Below, in pieces: positions 10,172 to 18,542 of a stretch of DNA of 64,000 bases. The number at the start of each line of letters is the position of its first letter. Within the stretch, counting starts at the first letter, position 1. Origin of the DNA: Pirellula sp. (GTDB lineage: Bacteria > Planctomycetota > Planctomycetia > Pirellulales > Pirellulaceae); NCBI GenBank assembly GCA_043743995.1, contig JAYTVM010000219.1, forward strand, positions 7,094 through 71,093. The letters run 5' to 3'. The translations under genes were made by a program, and so were the position numbers. The notes below the pieces were generated by a model that had not been told where the DNA came from, did no database searches, and saw only the letters and a list, made by a program, of their open reading frames with translations.

Positions 10172-10978
10172 ATGATCGATTTTGGGAAAAAAAACTTACT
10201 TGGTGTGCACATTGATGCAGTCGACTACAAAGCAGCTGTGAATCGTTTTGTCGAAGCTGGCAAACAATCGAAACGCTTGACCGTAACCGCTTTGGCCGTT
10301 CACGGCGTGATGACTGGAGCATTCGATGATGAACATCGCCATCGTTTGAACAGCCTCGATATGGTCGTGCCTGACGGCATGCCCGTTCGATGGGGCCTGA
10401 ACCTGCTTCACCGGACGAGGTTGCCAGATCGTGTCTATGGTCCGAACCTTATGCTTAAGGTATGCGAAGCAGCGGCTCAACATGGGCTACCGCTCTATTT
10501 CTTTGGTACTCAACGCGAAACGCTTGATAAATTGATCGCGAACTTGCGCGCTAAGTTCCCAGAAATAATGATTGCGGGTTCAGAACCTTCTCAGTTTCGA
10601 AAGCTAAGCGAAGACGAATCAAGTGCTTTGGTCGAGCGGATTCGAGCAAGTGGTGCCAGAATAACATTTGTGGGATTAGGCTGTCCGAGACAAGAGATTT
10701 GGGCCTACGAGTTGGGGGACGAGTTACGCATGCCGGTCTTTGCGGTGGGTGCTGCGTTCCCATTCCATGCCGGTACATTGCCTCAAGCTCCAACGTGGAT
10801 GCAAAACTATGGCTTGGAATGGTTGTTTCGGCTTGTTTCAGAACCGAGACGACTCTGGAAGCGATATGTTTTCTTGAATCCTGCTTATTTAGGGCTCGTT
10901 GTATTGCAGTTGCTGCAACTGCGAACAGTTGATCCCAAATCGACAAAAGTTCCAAACAAAAAAGAGCGATTTGGATAG
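10172..10978 (+). CDS. WecB/TagA/CpsF family glycosyltransferase
   Basis: VPDGMPVRWG, RVYGPNLM, FVGLGCPRQE, AVGAAF, GLEWLFRLVSEPRRLWKRY. Confidence 0.93.
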   Translation: MIDFGKKNLLGVHIDAVDYKAAVNRFVEAGKQSKRLTVTALAVHGVMTGAFDDEHRHRLNSLDMVVPDGMPVRWGLNLLHRTRLPDRVYGPNLMLKVCEAAAQHGLPLYFFGTQRETLDKLIANLRAKFPEIMIAGSEPSQFRKLSEDESSALVERIRASGARITFVGLGCPRQEIWAYELGDELRMPVFAVGAAFPFHAGTLPQAPTWMQNYGLEWLFRLVSEPRRLWKRYVFLNPAYLGLVVLQLLQLRTVDPKSTKVPNKKERFG

Positions 10979-11046
10979 TCGCACCCTGGAGGTCAGATCA
11001 GCTATACTAGTGCTTTGTCCCAGTTACGAATTAGGGTTGTATTGCA

Positions 11047-11110
11047 GTAGCCGGAGTCGTAAGACTTCGGTCGTTGTTGGGTTCGACTGAATTCTTGCGA
11101 ATCCAGCTAC
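11047..11110. repeat. GTAG-type REP doublet (GGAACTCGyyAAGAsTTCG family)
   Basis: GTAGCCGGAGTCGTAAGACTTCGG...GAATTCTTGCGAATCCAGCTAC; related to 29404-29493. Confidence 0.65.
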
Positions 11111-11275
11111 CAAAAAATTAAGCTGTGACAAAGTTGAGATAGGCATTTTTTTGGATGCAATGAATTAATGGCCCCAGTTGCCTTTGCTGAATTAGTTGAG
11201 TTCTTTCTCCCGATTCTCGCTGCAAGTATTGGACTAACTATAACAATTCGCACTAATCATCTTCTCCTTACCAAC

Positions 11276-12682
11276 ATGCCTACCATGAAAACGTCTTCCC
11301 TGCTTTGCCTGCTCCTCTGTGTTATTCACTTCGACATTCGACTCTGCGCTTTCGAAAATGAGACTTCGTCCAAGCCCAACATCGTCTATTTTCTGATCGA
11401 CGATTTAGGCTACGCGGACTGTGGTTTTAATGGCGGTACTGACATCCGCACACCAAACATCGACAAGCTTGCGAGAGAGGGTGCGATCCTAAAGTCGTTT
11501 TATGTACAACCTGTCTGTTCGCCGACTCGAGCCGCTTTGATGACGGGACGCTACGCAACGCATACGGGTGTTTACAACGTTGTGCGTCCAGGTGCGCCAT
11601 GGGGATTGCCGCTGGCCGAACGCATTTTGCCGCAAGTGCTGAAAGATGCGGGCTACTCGACCGCGATTTGTGGCAAGTGGCACTTGGGAGAGTTTCAACA
11701 AGCGTACCTACCAACCAAGCGAGGCTTCGATCACCAATATGGGCATATGTTCGGAGCACTCGACTACTTCACCCATATCCGCGATGGGAAATCAGATTGG
11801 TACCGAGACGATTTGCCGATCAAGGAAGAAGGCTACACCACTAACTTAGTTGCGAAGGAAGCGTGCCGTTTGATCAAGGATCGGCCTGCAAACAAACCGA
11901 TGTTCCTCTATGTGCCATTCAATGGAATACATGGCCCGCATCAAGTTCCCGAAAGCTACATGCAACCCTATCAGAACTTGCCTAAGCTCCGACAGACCAT
12001 TGCCGGAATGCTGTCGGCAGTTGACGAAGGCATTGGACAAATTACTGCAGCCTTGGTCGCAGCAGGAATGCGCGATAACACTCTCATTATCTTCTCCAGT
12101 GACAATGGCGGACCAGCACCTGGCAAAGCAACGATGAATACGCCACTTCGAGCGGGTAAAGCAACAGTCTATGAAGGAGGTGTTCGGGTTTGTGCTTTTG
12201 CCAACTGGCCTGGAAGAATCAAAGCGGGCATAACGATTCAGGAGCCGATGCACGCGGTCGACTGGTATCCGACACTCACTAAACTTGTTGGAGCACATCT
12301 CGAACAAAAGCTGCCTCCGGACGGGCTAGACATATGGCCTGTGCTCACGCAAAATGCAAAGTCGCCCCACGATGCTATCTTGCTGCTTGGCAACAAGCCA
12401 GGAGTGTCAGCCATTCGGATGGGAGACTGGAAACTGTTAGTAGGTGCTTCGGACACGGATTCCGAGGAGCAAGTCGACAACCCAAAGAACTCGGGCAAGT
12501 TGGAGCTATATAACCTTGCCGATGATATCTCGGAGTCAAAAAACCTCTCGAATGCCCAACCTGAAAGAGTGAACGCGATGCGGACTCGACTCGAAGCCAT
12601 GCTCAAGAACGCTGTACCGCCGGGGGATTCACTTCGCGACTCAAATGTGGAAACAAAAAAACAAAAAAAAGGAAAGCAATGA
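11276..12682 (+). CDS. Arylsulfatase (S1 family)
   Basis: PNIVYFLIDDLGY, CSPTRAALMTG (CxPxR formylglycine motif), GKWHLG, SSDNGG. Confidence 0.95.
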   Translation: MPTMKTSSLLCLLLCVIHFDIRLCAFENETSSKPNIVYFLIDDLGYADCGFNGGTDIRTPNIDKLAREGAILKSFYVQPVCSPTRAALMTGRYATHTGVYNVVRPGAPWGLPLAERILPQVLKDAGYSTAICGKWHLGEFQQAYLPTKRGFDHQYGHMFGALDYFTHIRDGKSDWYRDDLPIKEEGYTTNLVAKEACRLIKDRPANKPMFLYVPFNGIHGPHQVPESYMQPYQNLPKLRQTIAGMLSAVDEGIGQITAALVAAGMRDNTLIIFSSDNGGPAPGKATMNTPLRAGKATVYEGGVRVCAFANWPGRIKAGITIQEPMHAVDWYPTLTKLVGAHLEQKLPPDGLDIWPVLTQNAKSPHDAILLLGNKPGVSAIRMGDWKLLVGASDTDSEEQVDNPKNSGKLELYNLADDISESKNLSNAQPERVNAMRTRLEAMLKNAVPPGDSLRDSNVETKKQKKGKQ

Positions 12683-14274
12683 GAAACAATCTGCAAACCG
12701 CTGCCATTCGGAACAATTTAAGAATGGTGACTCGTATCGCAATACATTTGTCAACTGTTCTGCTCGTGGCAAGCACTTGCGTACCAGCATCGGCTGATAA
12801 GCCAAGCGACAGACCGAACATAGTCTATATCATCTCAGATGATCTTGGTTATGGCGATCTTGGATGCTATGGTGCGAACATAGTAAAAACGCCGAATCTG
12901 GACAAGCTTGCTGCTCAGGGCTGTCGTTTCACCAATGCTCATTCAACCGCAGCCGTTTGCACACCGACGCGATATGCACTTCTGACGGGACGCTATGCGT
13001 GGCGAGAGCCGAATACTGGAATTGCCCGCGGAGACCAATCGCTACTAATCCAACCTGGCACGACGACGATCGCGTCTGTGCTCAAGACTGCCGGTTACAA
13101 GACTGGCGTTGTCGGCAAATGGCATCTCGGTTTGGGATCGCCTCCCAAAACAGATTACAACGTCGAAATCAAACCCGGGCCTCTCGAAATTGGATTCGAC
13201 TATGCGTTCGTCATTCCAGCGACTGGCGATCGGGTCCCATGTGTGTTTGTCGAAAACCGACAAGTTGTTGGTTATGATCGAACAGATCCCATTGAGGTTA
13301 GTTTTGGGGCGAAGATTGGCAATGAACCAACTGGTGTCGACCCTGATATCAAGCTGAAAATCCAAGGTGGGCCTGGGCACAAGGACACTGTCATCAACGG
13401 CATTCCGCGAATCGGTTTTATGACGGGTGGCAAAGCAGCTCGCTGGGTCGACGAGGACATTGCAGACGTCCTCACGAAGAAAGCCGTTGACTTCATTGAG
13501 ACTAACAAGTCGGCACCGTTTTTCTTGTTTTATTCTACGCATGATATTCACGAACCAATGGTGCCTCATCCGCGTTTCCAGGGAACCAGCGAATGTGGAT
13601 GGCGCGGCGACGTGATCCATCAGCTGGATTGGTCAGTTGGACAGTTGATGGCAGTCTTGGAACGCAATGGACTCACCGAAAACACACTCGTCATTTTCAC
13701 GAGTGACAACGGGGGTGCGATCAAGAACACTTACGATGACGGCACAAATGAACTTCATAGCAAACAGCCGCCCAACGGTGTCCTTCGGGCCAGCAAAGGG
13801 TCGCTCTATGAAGGCGGTCATCGCGTTCCGTTCATTGCCCGATGGCCTGGCAAGATTGCACAAGAGAGTCTTTCGGGCGAGTTGATTGGGCATGTAGATG
13901 CACTGGCCAGCTTTGCAGCCCTTACGGACCAAAAACTCGACGAGCGAGCCGGATCGGACAGTTTCAACGTCCTTCCGTTATGGCTTGGGAAAAAACTGGA
14001 GAAGCCCGTTCGCGATCATCTTGTATTACAGAGCAACTCACCTAACCCATTGGCATTGAGAGAGGGAGACTGGATGTTGATCGAGCGAGCAGGAGCGAAA
14101 CAAAATGGCAAAGCAGGCAAGAAATCTGACAACGCGGAAGGTGTTACTTCAGAGCTCTACAACCTTGCAACCGATCTTAGCCAGACTGACGACGTTGCAA
14201 CAAAAGAGACGGCAAGAGTGAAAGCCATGACCGCACGATTAAAAACCATTCGCGAATCAGGGCGAAGCCGATAG
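12679..14274 (+). CDS. Arylsulfatase (S1 family)
   Basis: PNIVYIISDDLGYGD, CTPTRYALLTGR, GKWHLG, TSDNGG; ATGA overlap with upstream sulfatase. Confidence 0.95.
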   Translation: MRNNLQTAAIRNNLRMVTRIAIHLSTVLLVASTCVPASADKPSDRPNIVYIISDDLGYGDLGCYGANIVKTPNLDKLAAQGCRFTNAHSTAAVCTPTRYALLTGRYAWREPNTGIARGDQSLLIQPGTTTIASVLKTAGYKTGVVGKWHLGLGSPPKTDYNVEIKPGPLEIGFDYAFVIPATGDRVPCVFVENRQVVGYDRTDPIEVSFGAKIGNEPTGVDPDIKLKIQGGPGHKDTVINGIPRIGFMTGGKAARWVDEDIADVLTKKAVDFIETNKSAPFFLFYSTHDIHEPMVPHPRFQGTSECGWRGDVIHQLDWSVGQLMAVLERNGLTENTLVIFTSDNGGAIKNTYDDGTNELHSKQPPNGVLRASKGSLYEGGHRVPFIARWPGKIAQESLSGELIGHVDALASFAALTDQKLDERAGSDSFNVLPLWLGKKLEKPVRDHLVLQSNSPNPLALREGDWMLIERAGAKQNGKAGKKSDNAEGVTSELYNLATDLSQTDDVATKETARVKAMTARLKTIRESGRSR

Positions 14275-14480
14275 GGTGAGCGAAAAGTCCAATTTGGAAC
14301 ATTTCGACATAGATGGAAATCTCTAAGTTTTTGAAACCAATGCAGAGCCCATACACCCGATTTCCAATCATGTAGAGCAAAGAAGAACTTGGAGCACCAA
14401 CGAAAACGTTGGATTTCACGATCTCGAGGAAAGGTCGTAACTTGTTGTCGCCTTGTTTGGAATTATTTGACGGACACCAG

Positions 14481-14567
14481 CAATAATTGTAAATTGGGAC
14501 GCTGAGCGTCAATAATCCCGAATTCGGAACATTATTGCCGCTCAGCGTCTTTAATAAATAGTTATGT
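14481..14567 (+). other. attC-like integron recombination site 1
   Basis: GACGCTGAGCG (14498-14508) / CGCTCAGCGTC (14539-14549) inverted arms with inner CAATAAT/ATTATTG; ends in GTTATGT core (14561-14567) 5 nt before the FRG start. Confidence 0.7.
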
Positions 14568-14571
14568 GCCT

Positions 14572-15405
14572 ATGCGAAGCGTTGAACTGAATTCATGGAC
14601 CGATTTCCCTCAGGCCGTAGCGGACATTCGCGGCGAGTTCGGTACTCGCACTGTTGAGGTCCCCGACAAGGGGCCGGTCACGCTCGACAACCAAATCCTG
14701 TTTCGTGGCGACGCGGACAGTACGTGGACGCTTCAAACAACGCTTGAACGTGCAACCGATTCTCCTATAACCGTGCAGCGTTACCTGCAAAGGGCCGATT
14801 CGTGCGTCAACGAAATCGAATCGGTTACCGGACGTCAGTGGAACCTGCAGCCATATCGTGACATCATAAAGGAAATCGAAATTGTACAGGACTTCATGCG
14901 CGTGCATCTACCACACTACGACTACCTCGTCTACCTGCGGCATCACGGCTTTCCATCTCCGCTGCTTGACTGGACTACATCACCGTTCATCGCGGCGTAC
15001 TTCGCATTTGAACCGTCGAGCGACGCTGATCACTCTGCAGTATTCGCGTTCATCGAAACACCCGAAGGCAGTAAAGGCGGTCGTGGCAACTCCAACATGA
15101 TTCACACGCATGGCCCGTACGTGACAACTCACACCCGGCATTTCGCTCAAAAGGCGTGGTACACAACCGCTACACACTGGAATTCAGATGCAAAAACACA
15201 CACATTCTGTTCCCATCACAACGTCACTCCATCGCTCGTTCCCAAGCAAGACTTGCTCGTCAAAATCACGATTCCCCGCCGTGACCGTATTGCTGCCCTC
15301 AAACAGCTCGACGAGTACAATATCAACCACTACACCCTGTTCAATACTGAAGACGCGTTGATCCGCACCATGGGCCTTCGCGCATTCGATATCGACGGCA
15401 CATAA
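14572..15405 (+). CDS. FRG domain protein (integron gene cassette)
   Basis: ILFRGDADSTW and HHGFPSPLLDWTTSPFIAAYFA; stop codon lies inside ACATAAC, the exact complement of the GTTATGT cassette start. Confidence 0.9.
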   Translation: MRSVELNSWTDFPQAVADIRGEFGTRTVEVPDKGPVTLDNQILFRGDADSTWTLQTTLERATDSPITVQRYLQRADSCVNEIESVTGRQWNLQPYRDIIKEIEIVQDFMRVHLPHYDYLVYLRHHGFPSPLLDWTTSPFIAAYFAFEPSSDADHSAVFAFIETPEGSKGGRGNSNMIHTHGPYVTTHTRHFAQKAWYTTATHWNSDAKTHTFCSHHNVTPSLVPKQDLLVKITIPRRDRIAALKQLDEYNINHYTLFNTEDALIRTMGLRAFDIDGT

Positions 15406-15490
15406 CAATCGGTTCAACCGGAGCCGCGGGCCGCGCGGTTTCTGAAGTCAAAGTTGGTTGGCCGCGGCCCGGTTAACCGAATAGTTAGTC
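15400..15490 (+). other. attC integron recombination site 2
   Basis: ACATAAC...TCGGTTcAACCGGaGCCGCGG / CCGCGGCCCGGTTAACCGA...GTTAGTC; 91 bp with two unpaired bases reading G and T on the bottom strand. Confidence 0.9.
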
Positions 15491-15502
15491 GGCTTTTAAA
15501 TT

Positions 15503-15865
15503 ATGAACACCAATCCACGAGAGAATCACATTGATTACGTCGAGTTCCCGGCGCAGTCCGCGCAATCGTTTGCCTCGGTCAAACGTTTCTACAAGGAGGT
15601 TTTCGGTTGGTCTTTCCAGGACTGGGGTGACGACTACTCAGACACTAAGGACAGTGGCACAACTGCTGGGTTCAGCGCGGCTTCAGCACATCGCCCGCCA
15701 GGAACGTTGGTAGTTTTGTTCACCGTTGATTTGGAGGCGGCGAGAGAGCGCGTCATCAACGCTGGCGGGAAGATCGCGAAGGAGATCATTTCATTTCCAG
15801 GCGGTCGCCGATTTGAATACATCGATCCTGCGGGGAATTGGCTTGGAGTTTGGTCCGACAAGTGA
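15503..15865 (+). CDS. VOC/glyoxalase family protein (gene cassette)
   Basis: IDYVEFPA, FYKEVFGWSF, SFPGGRRFEYIDPAGNWLGVWS. Confidence 0.9.
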   Translation: MNTNPRENHIDYVEFPAQSAQSFASVKRFYKEVFGWSFQDWGDDYSDTKDSGTTAGFSAASAHRPPGTLVVLFTVDLEAARERVINAGGKIAKEIISFPGGRRFEYIDPAGNWLGVWSDK

Positions 15866-15887
15866 ATCTACAATCGCTAAACCCGCC

Positions 15888-15980
15888 GCCAAACCATGCG
15901 CTGCAGCGAACCCGGTCAACGCGCTCTGGTTACAATCCACGCGTCCCGCGGGCAACGTCGCTGAGCTTGGGTCGTTAAGC
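15888..15980 (+). other. attC integron recombination site 3
   Basis: GCCAAAC CATGCGCTGCAGCGAAC ... GTCGCTGAGCTTGGGTC GTTAAGC, 93 bp. Confidence 0.85.
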
Positions 15981-16375
15981 GGAACCGACGAACACGGTGG
16001 TCAAAGAGGAATCGACATAGCTTAGCACGCAACGGATTGCGTTCGACGTAGTGCAAGACGGTCAGAAGATGCTCGTCATCTTCGATCGGGAGGGACGATG
16101 CTCAATAAAGGGCTACTGAGCACCGCTTTTTAAACTTCGCCGGTTAGCCACAATGAACGACAGCAAAATTGCGTATTCCTCGTGCGGTCGGCGCAAACAT
16201 CCGCTTCTCGTTAGTCGTGAGATTCGAATCGGGTAGCTCGGCAGGTGCTAGGCTGAACGTAACGATCCGCTGAGATAAACTCAGCGGCTTTCGACGGGTG
16301 TAGAACCAATACCGTCACTTTGCGACTCACGAATTTTGATTTGTACCCCGGCTGAATTCCTTGGAGATCCAGGCG

Positions 16376-16591
16376 ATGACAACTAACCCAATCTTGGACG
16401 AGATACATGAGGCACGTGCTAAAATTCTTGCCGATTACAATGGAGACGTTCATGCATACGTAGTTGATGCTCGCAAGCGAGCTCTAGCATCTGGACGACG
16501 AATCGTAGAACCAAAGCAACGAACAAAGCATTACATCGAAGTCGCCGATCAGCCGCTTCCTGATGGAGGCGCTTCGGCGGCGACTCGATGA
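16376..16591 (+). CDS. Small hypothetical protein (NPILDEIHEAR-type, often found next to PIN toxins)
   Basis: MTTNPILDEIHEARAKILADYNGDVHAY; its 3' end reads into attC4. Confidence 0.55.
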   Translation: MTTNPILDEIHEARAKILADYNGDVHAYVVDARKRALASGRRIVEPKQRTKHYIEVADQPLPDGGASAATR

Positions 16592-16606
16592 GTGCGGTCG
16601 TGGGGG
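16518..16606 (+). other. attC-like site 4 with degenerate R' core
   Basis: AACGAAC AAAGCATTACATCGAAGTCGCCG / CGGCGACTCGATGAGTGC arms with two unpaired bases; right core reads GTG rather than GTT. Confidence 0.7.
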
Positions 16607-16695
16607 TGGACACTGGCATTCCTGAAGCGTAGCTAACGCGAAGTGCAAGCCGCAAAATAAATCGACGAACCAAGCGTTGCAACCGAGTTCCGGTG

Positions 16696-16756
16696 GCCCT
16701 CACCCCCAGCCCCTCTCCCGCGCGCGGGAGAGGGGTGCCGAAGGCGGGGTGAGGGC
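16696..16756. repeat. CCCTCACCCC-family palindrome
   Basis: GCCCTCACCCC...CCCCTCTCCCGCGCGCGGGAGAGGGG...GGGGTGAGGGC nested inverted repeat. Confidence 0.85.
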
Positions 16757-17040
16757 TTGCTCGCACGTCCAGATGGAATGCGTTATTATGTTGCCACGGG
16801 ATCGAAATCCGGACCCAAATGCACGAGACCTGACGGCGGTTCAAAAGGTCTCTCGATAGAGACCGACACGAGTGAACAAAGTGATGCACCGAAGTCGGCT
16901 CCGGTGCGCGACTAACTTTTTATATGTAGTCTCCGACGACCACAGGCGTTCGTCGCAGCTGGGCGTACTGGACCAAATATTTTGTGTTAAGCTATGAAAA
17001 TAAGTATGTTTTTCTATCCGATAGTTTATGGCCATCGCAA

Positions 17041-18519
17041 TCAAATAATCCCTGCGACCAGCTTGCCGTGGACGTCCGTCAGACGATAACGCCGACCCTG
17101 AAACTTGTAGGTGAGCCTTTCATGATCGATCCCGAGGAGGTGCATCATCGTTGCTTGCAAGTCATGAATGTGAACGCCATCACTGGCGATGTTGTAACCA
17201 AATTCACATGTCTCACCATAAACTGAGCCCGCCCTAATTCCGCCGCCTGCCATCCACATCGTGAAGCACCGTGGGTGATGGTCTCGCCCAAAATTGGCTT
17301 GGATCTTTCCCTGGCAATAGTTCGTCCTTCCAAACTCACCTCCCCATACCACAAGCGTGTCTTCAAGAAGTCCGCAACGCTTAAGATCGCTAACCAATGC
17401 AGCGGCTGGTTGGTCGGTCTCCTTGCAAAGCTTTGGCAATCCACCTGGCAGTCCACCATGGTGGTCCCAATCCTGATGGTAAAGCTGGATGAAGCGAACG
17501 CCTCGTTCAGCCAATCTGCGAGCCATTAAGCAATTCGCTGCGAACGATCCTGGCTTCTCCACGTCGGGACCATAACTATCAAGCGTGCTTTGCGATTCGC
17601 TCGTAAGGTCGGCAACTTCTGGTACACTTGACTGCATCTTGAAAGCCATTTCGTAATGTTCGATTCGATTTTGAATCTCGATATCGTGTGCTTCTAATAG
17701 CTTTTGTTCATGAAGCTCTCGAAGCCGATCTAGCATCAACCGTCGACTTTCTCCACTCACGCCGTCTGGATTGCCCAAATAAAGCACCGGGTCTTTGGCG
17801 GCTCGCAACAATACTCCTTGATGCCGAGTAGGAAGGAAACCGCTTCCCCAGAGATGTGCGCCCAGAGGTTGCCCGCCCTTGTCTTTTGTGATCAATACGA
17901 CAAATGAAGGTAGATTCGCGTTATCTTGGCCAAGTCCGTAACTTAGCCAAGATCCGATACTAGGCCGCCCAGCGATCTGTGTCCCTGTTTGAAAGAATGT
18001 AACGCCCGGCCCATGATTGATGGCTTCCGTAAACATGGAACGAACGACACACAGTTCCCCAGCAATGCTCGCGGTATGAGGCAGCAGCTCGCTGACCCAT
18101 GCTCCTGCTGGTCCGTGTTGCTGAAATTTGAAGGGCGATCCGACCAATGGAAGCGAAGATTGATTTCCTGACATGCCGGTCAATCGTTGCGTTCCACGAA
18201 CGGAATCCGGCAATTGCTCCCCTTGCAGCGTATTCAAGGCTGGCTTGTAGTCAAACAAGTCAAGGTGCGACGGCCCGCCTGACATAAAAAGATAAATCAC
18301 TCGTTTCGCTTTGGGTGCAAAATGCGGCGAACCCAAAACACCGTGGTCCACGGCACTTGGTTTTTCTGCCTCATTCGAGTCCGCCGACAGCATTTCTGCC
18401 AGCGCAATCCCACTTAAACCTAAGCCAGCGCAACCCAATCCGGTTTGACCGATAAAGCTTCGTCGAGATGATTCGGGAGGGTGATTCGTTGGGTCGGTCG
18501 AGTTCAATGATGATTTCAT
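17041..18519 (-). CDS. DUF1501 domain protein (planctomycete, Tat-like signal)
   Basis: SRRSFIG; HFAPKAKRVIYLFMSGGPSHLDLFDYKP, DWDHH, TLVVWGGEFGRT, RLTDVHG. Confidence 0.92.
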   Translation of the reverse strand: MKSSLNSTDPTNHPPESSRRSFIGQTGLGCAGLGLSGIALAEMLSADSNEAEKPSAVDHGVLGSPHFAPKAKRVIYLFMSGGPSHLDLFDYKPALNTLQGEQLPDSVRGTQRLTGMSGNQSSLPLVGSPFKFQQHGPAGAWVSELLPHTASIAGELCVVRSMFTEAINHGPGVTFFQTGTQIAGRPSIGSWLSYGLGQDNANLPSFVVLITKDKGGQPLGAHLWGSGFLPTRHQGVLLRAAKDPVLYLGNPDGVSGESRRLMLDRLRELHEQKLLEAHDIEIQNRIEHYEMAFKMQSSVPEVADLTSESQSTLDSYGPDVEKPGSFAANCLMARRLAERGVRFIQLYHQDWDHHGGLPGGLPKLCKETDQPAAALVSDLKRCGLLEDTLVVWGGEFGRTNYCQGKIQANFGRDHHPRCFTMWMAGGGIRAGSVYGETCEFGYNIASDGVHIHDLQATMMHLLGIDHERLTYKFQGRRYRLTDVHGKLVAGII

Positions 18520-18542
18520 AAAGAATCGAGAATTGTGAGAGG

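Noticed and set aside
14275-14486. Possible further cassette ORF ending at attC1
   Set aside because: The frame ending ...GHQQ* has an internal TAG and no clear start or recognisable family; treated as an unassigned remnant.
14481-16900. CRISPR array
   Set aside because: The palindromes are not identical direct repeats with constant-length spacers; they flank ORFs and have attC core sites. No cas genes are present.
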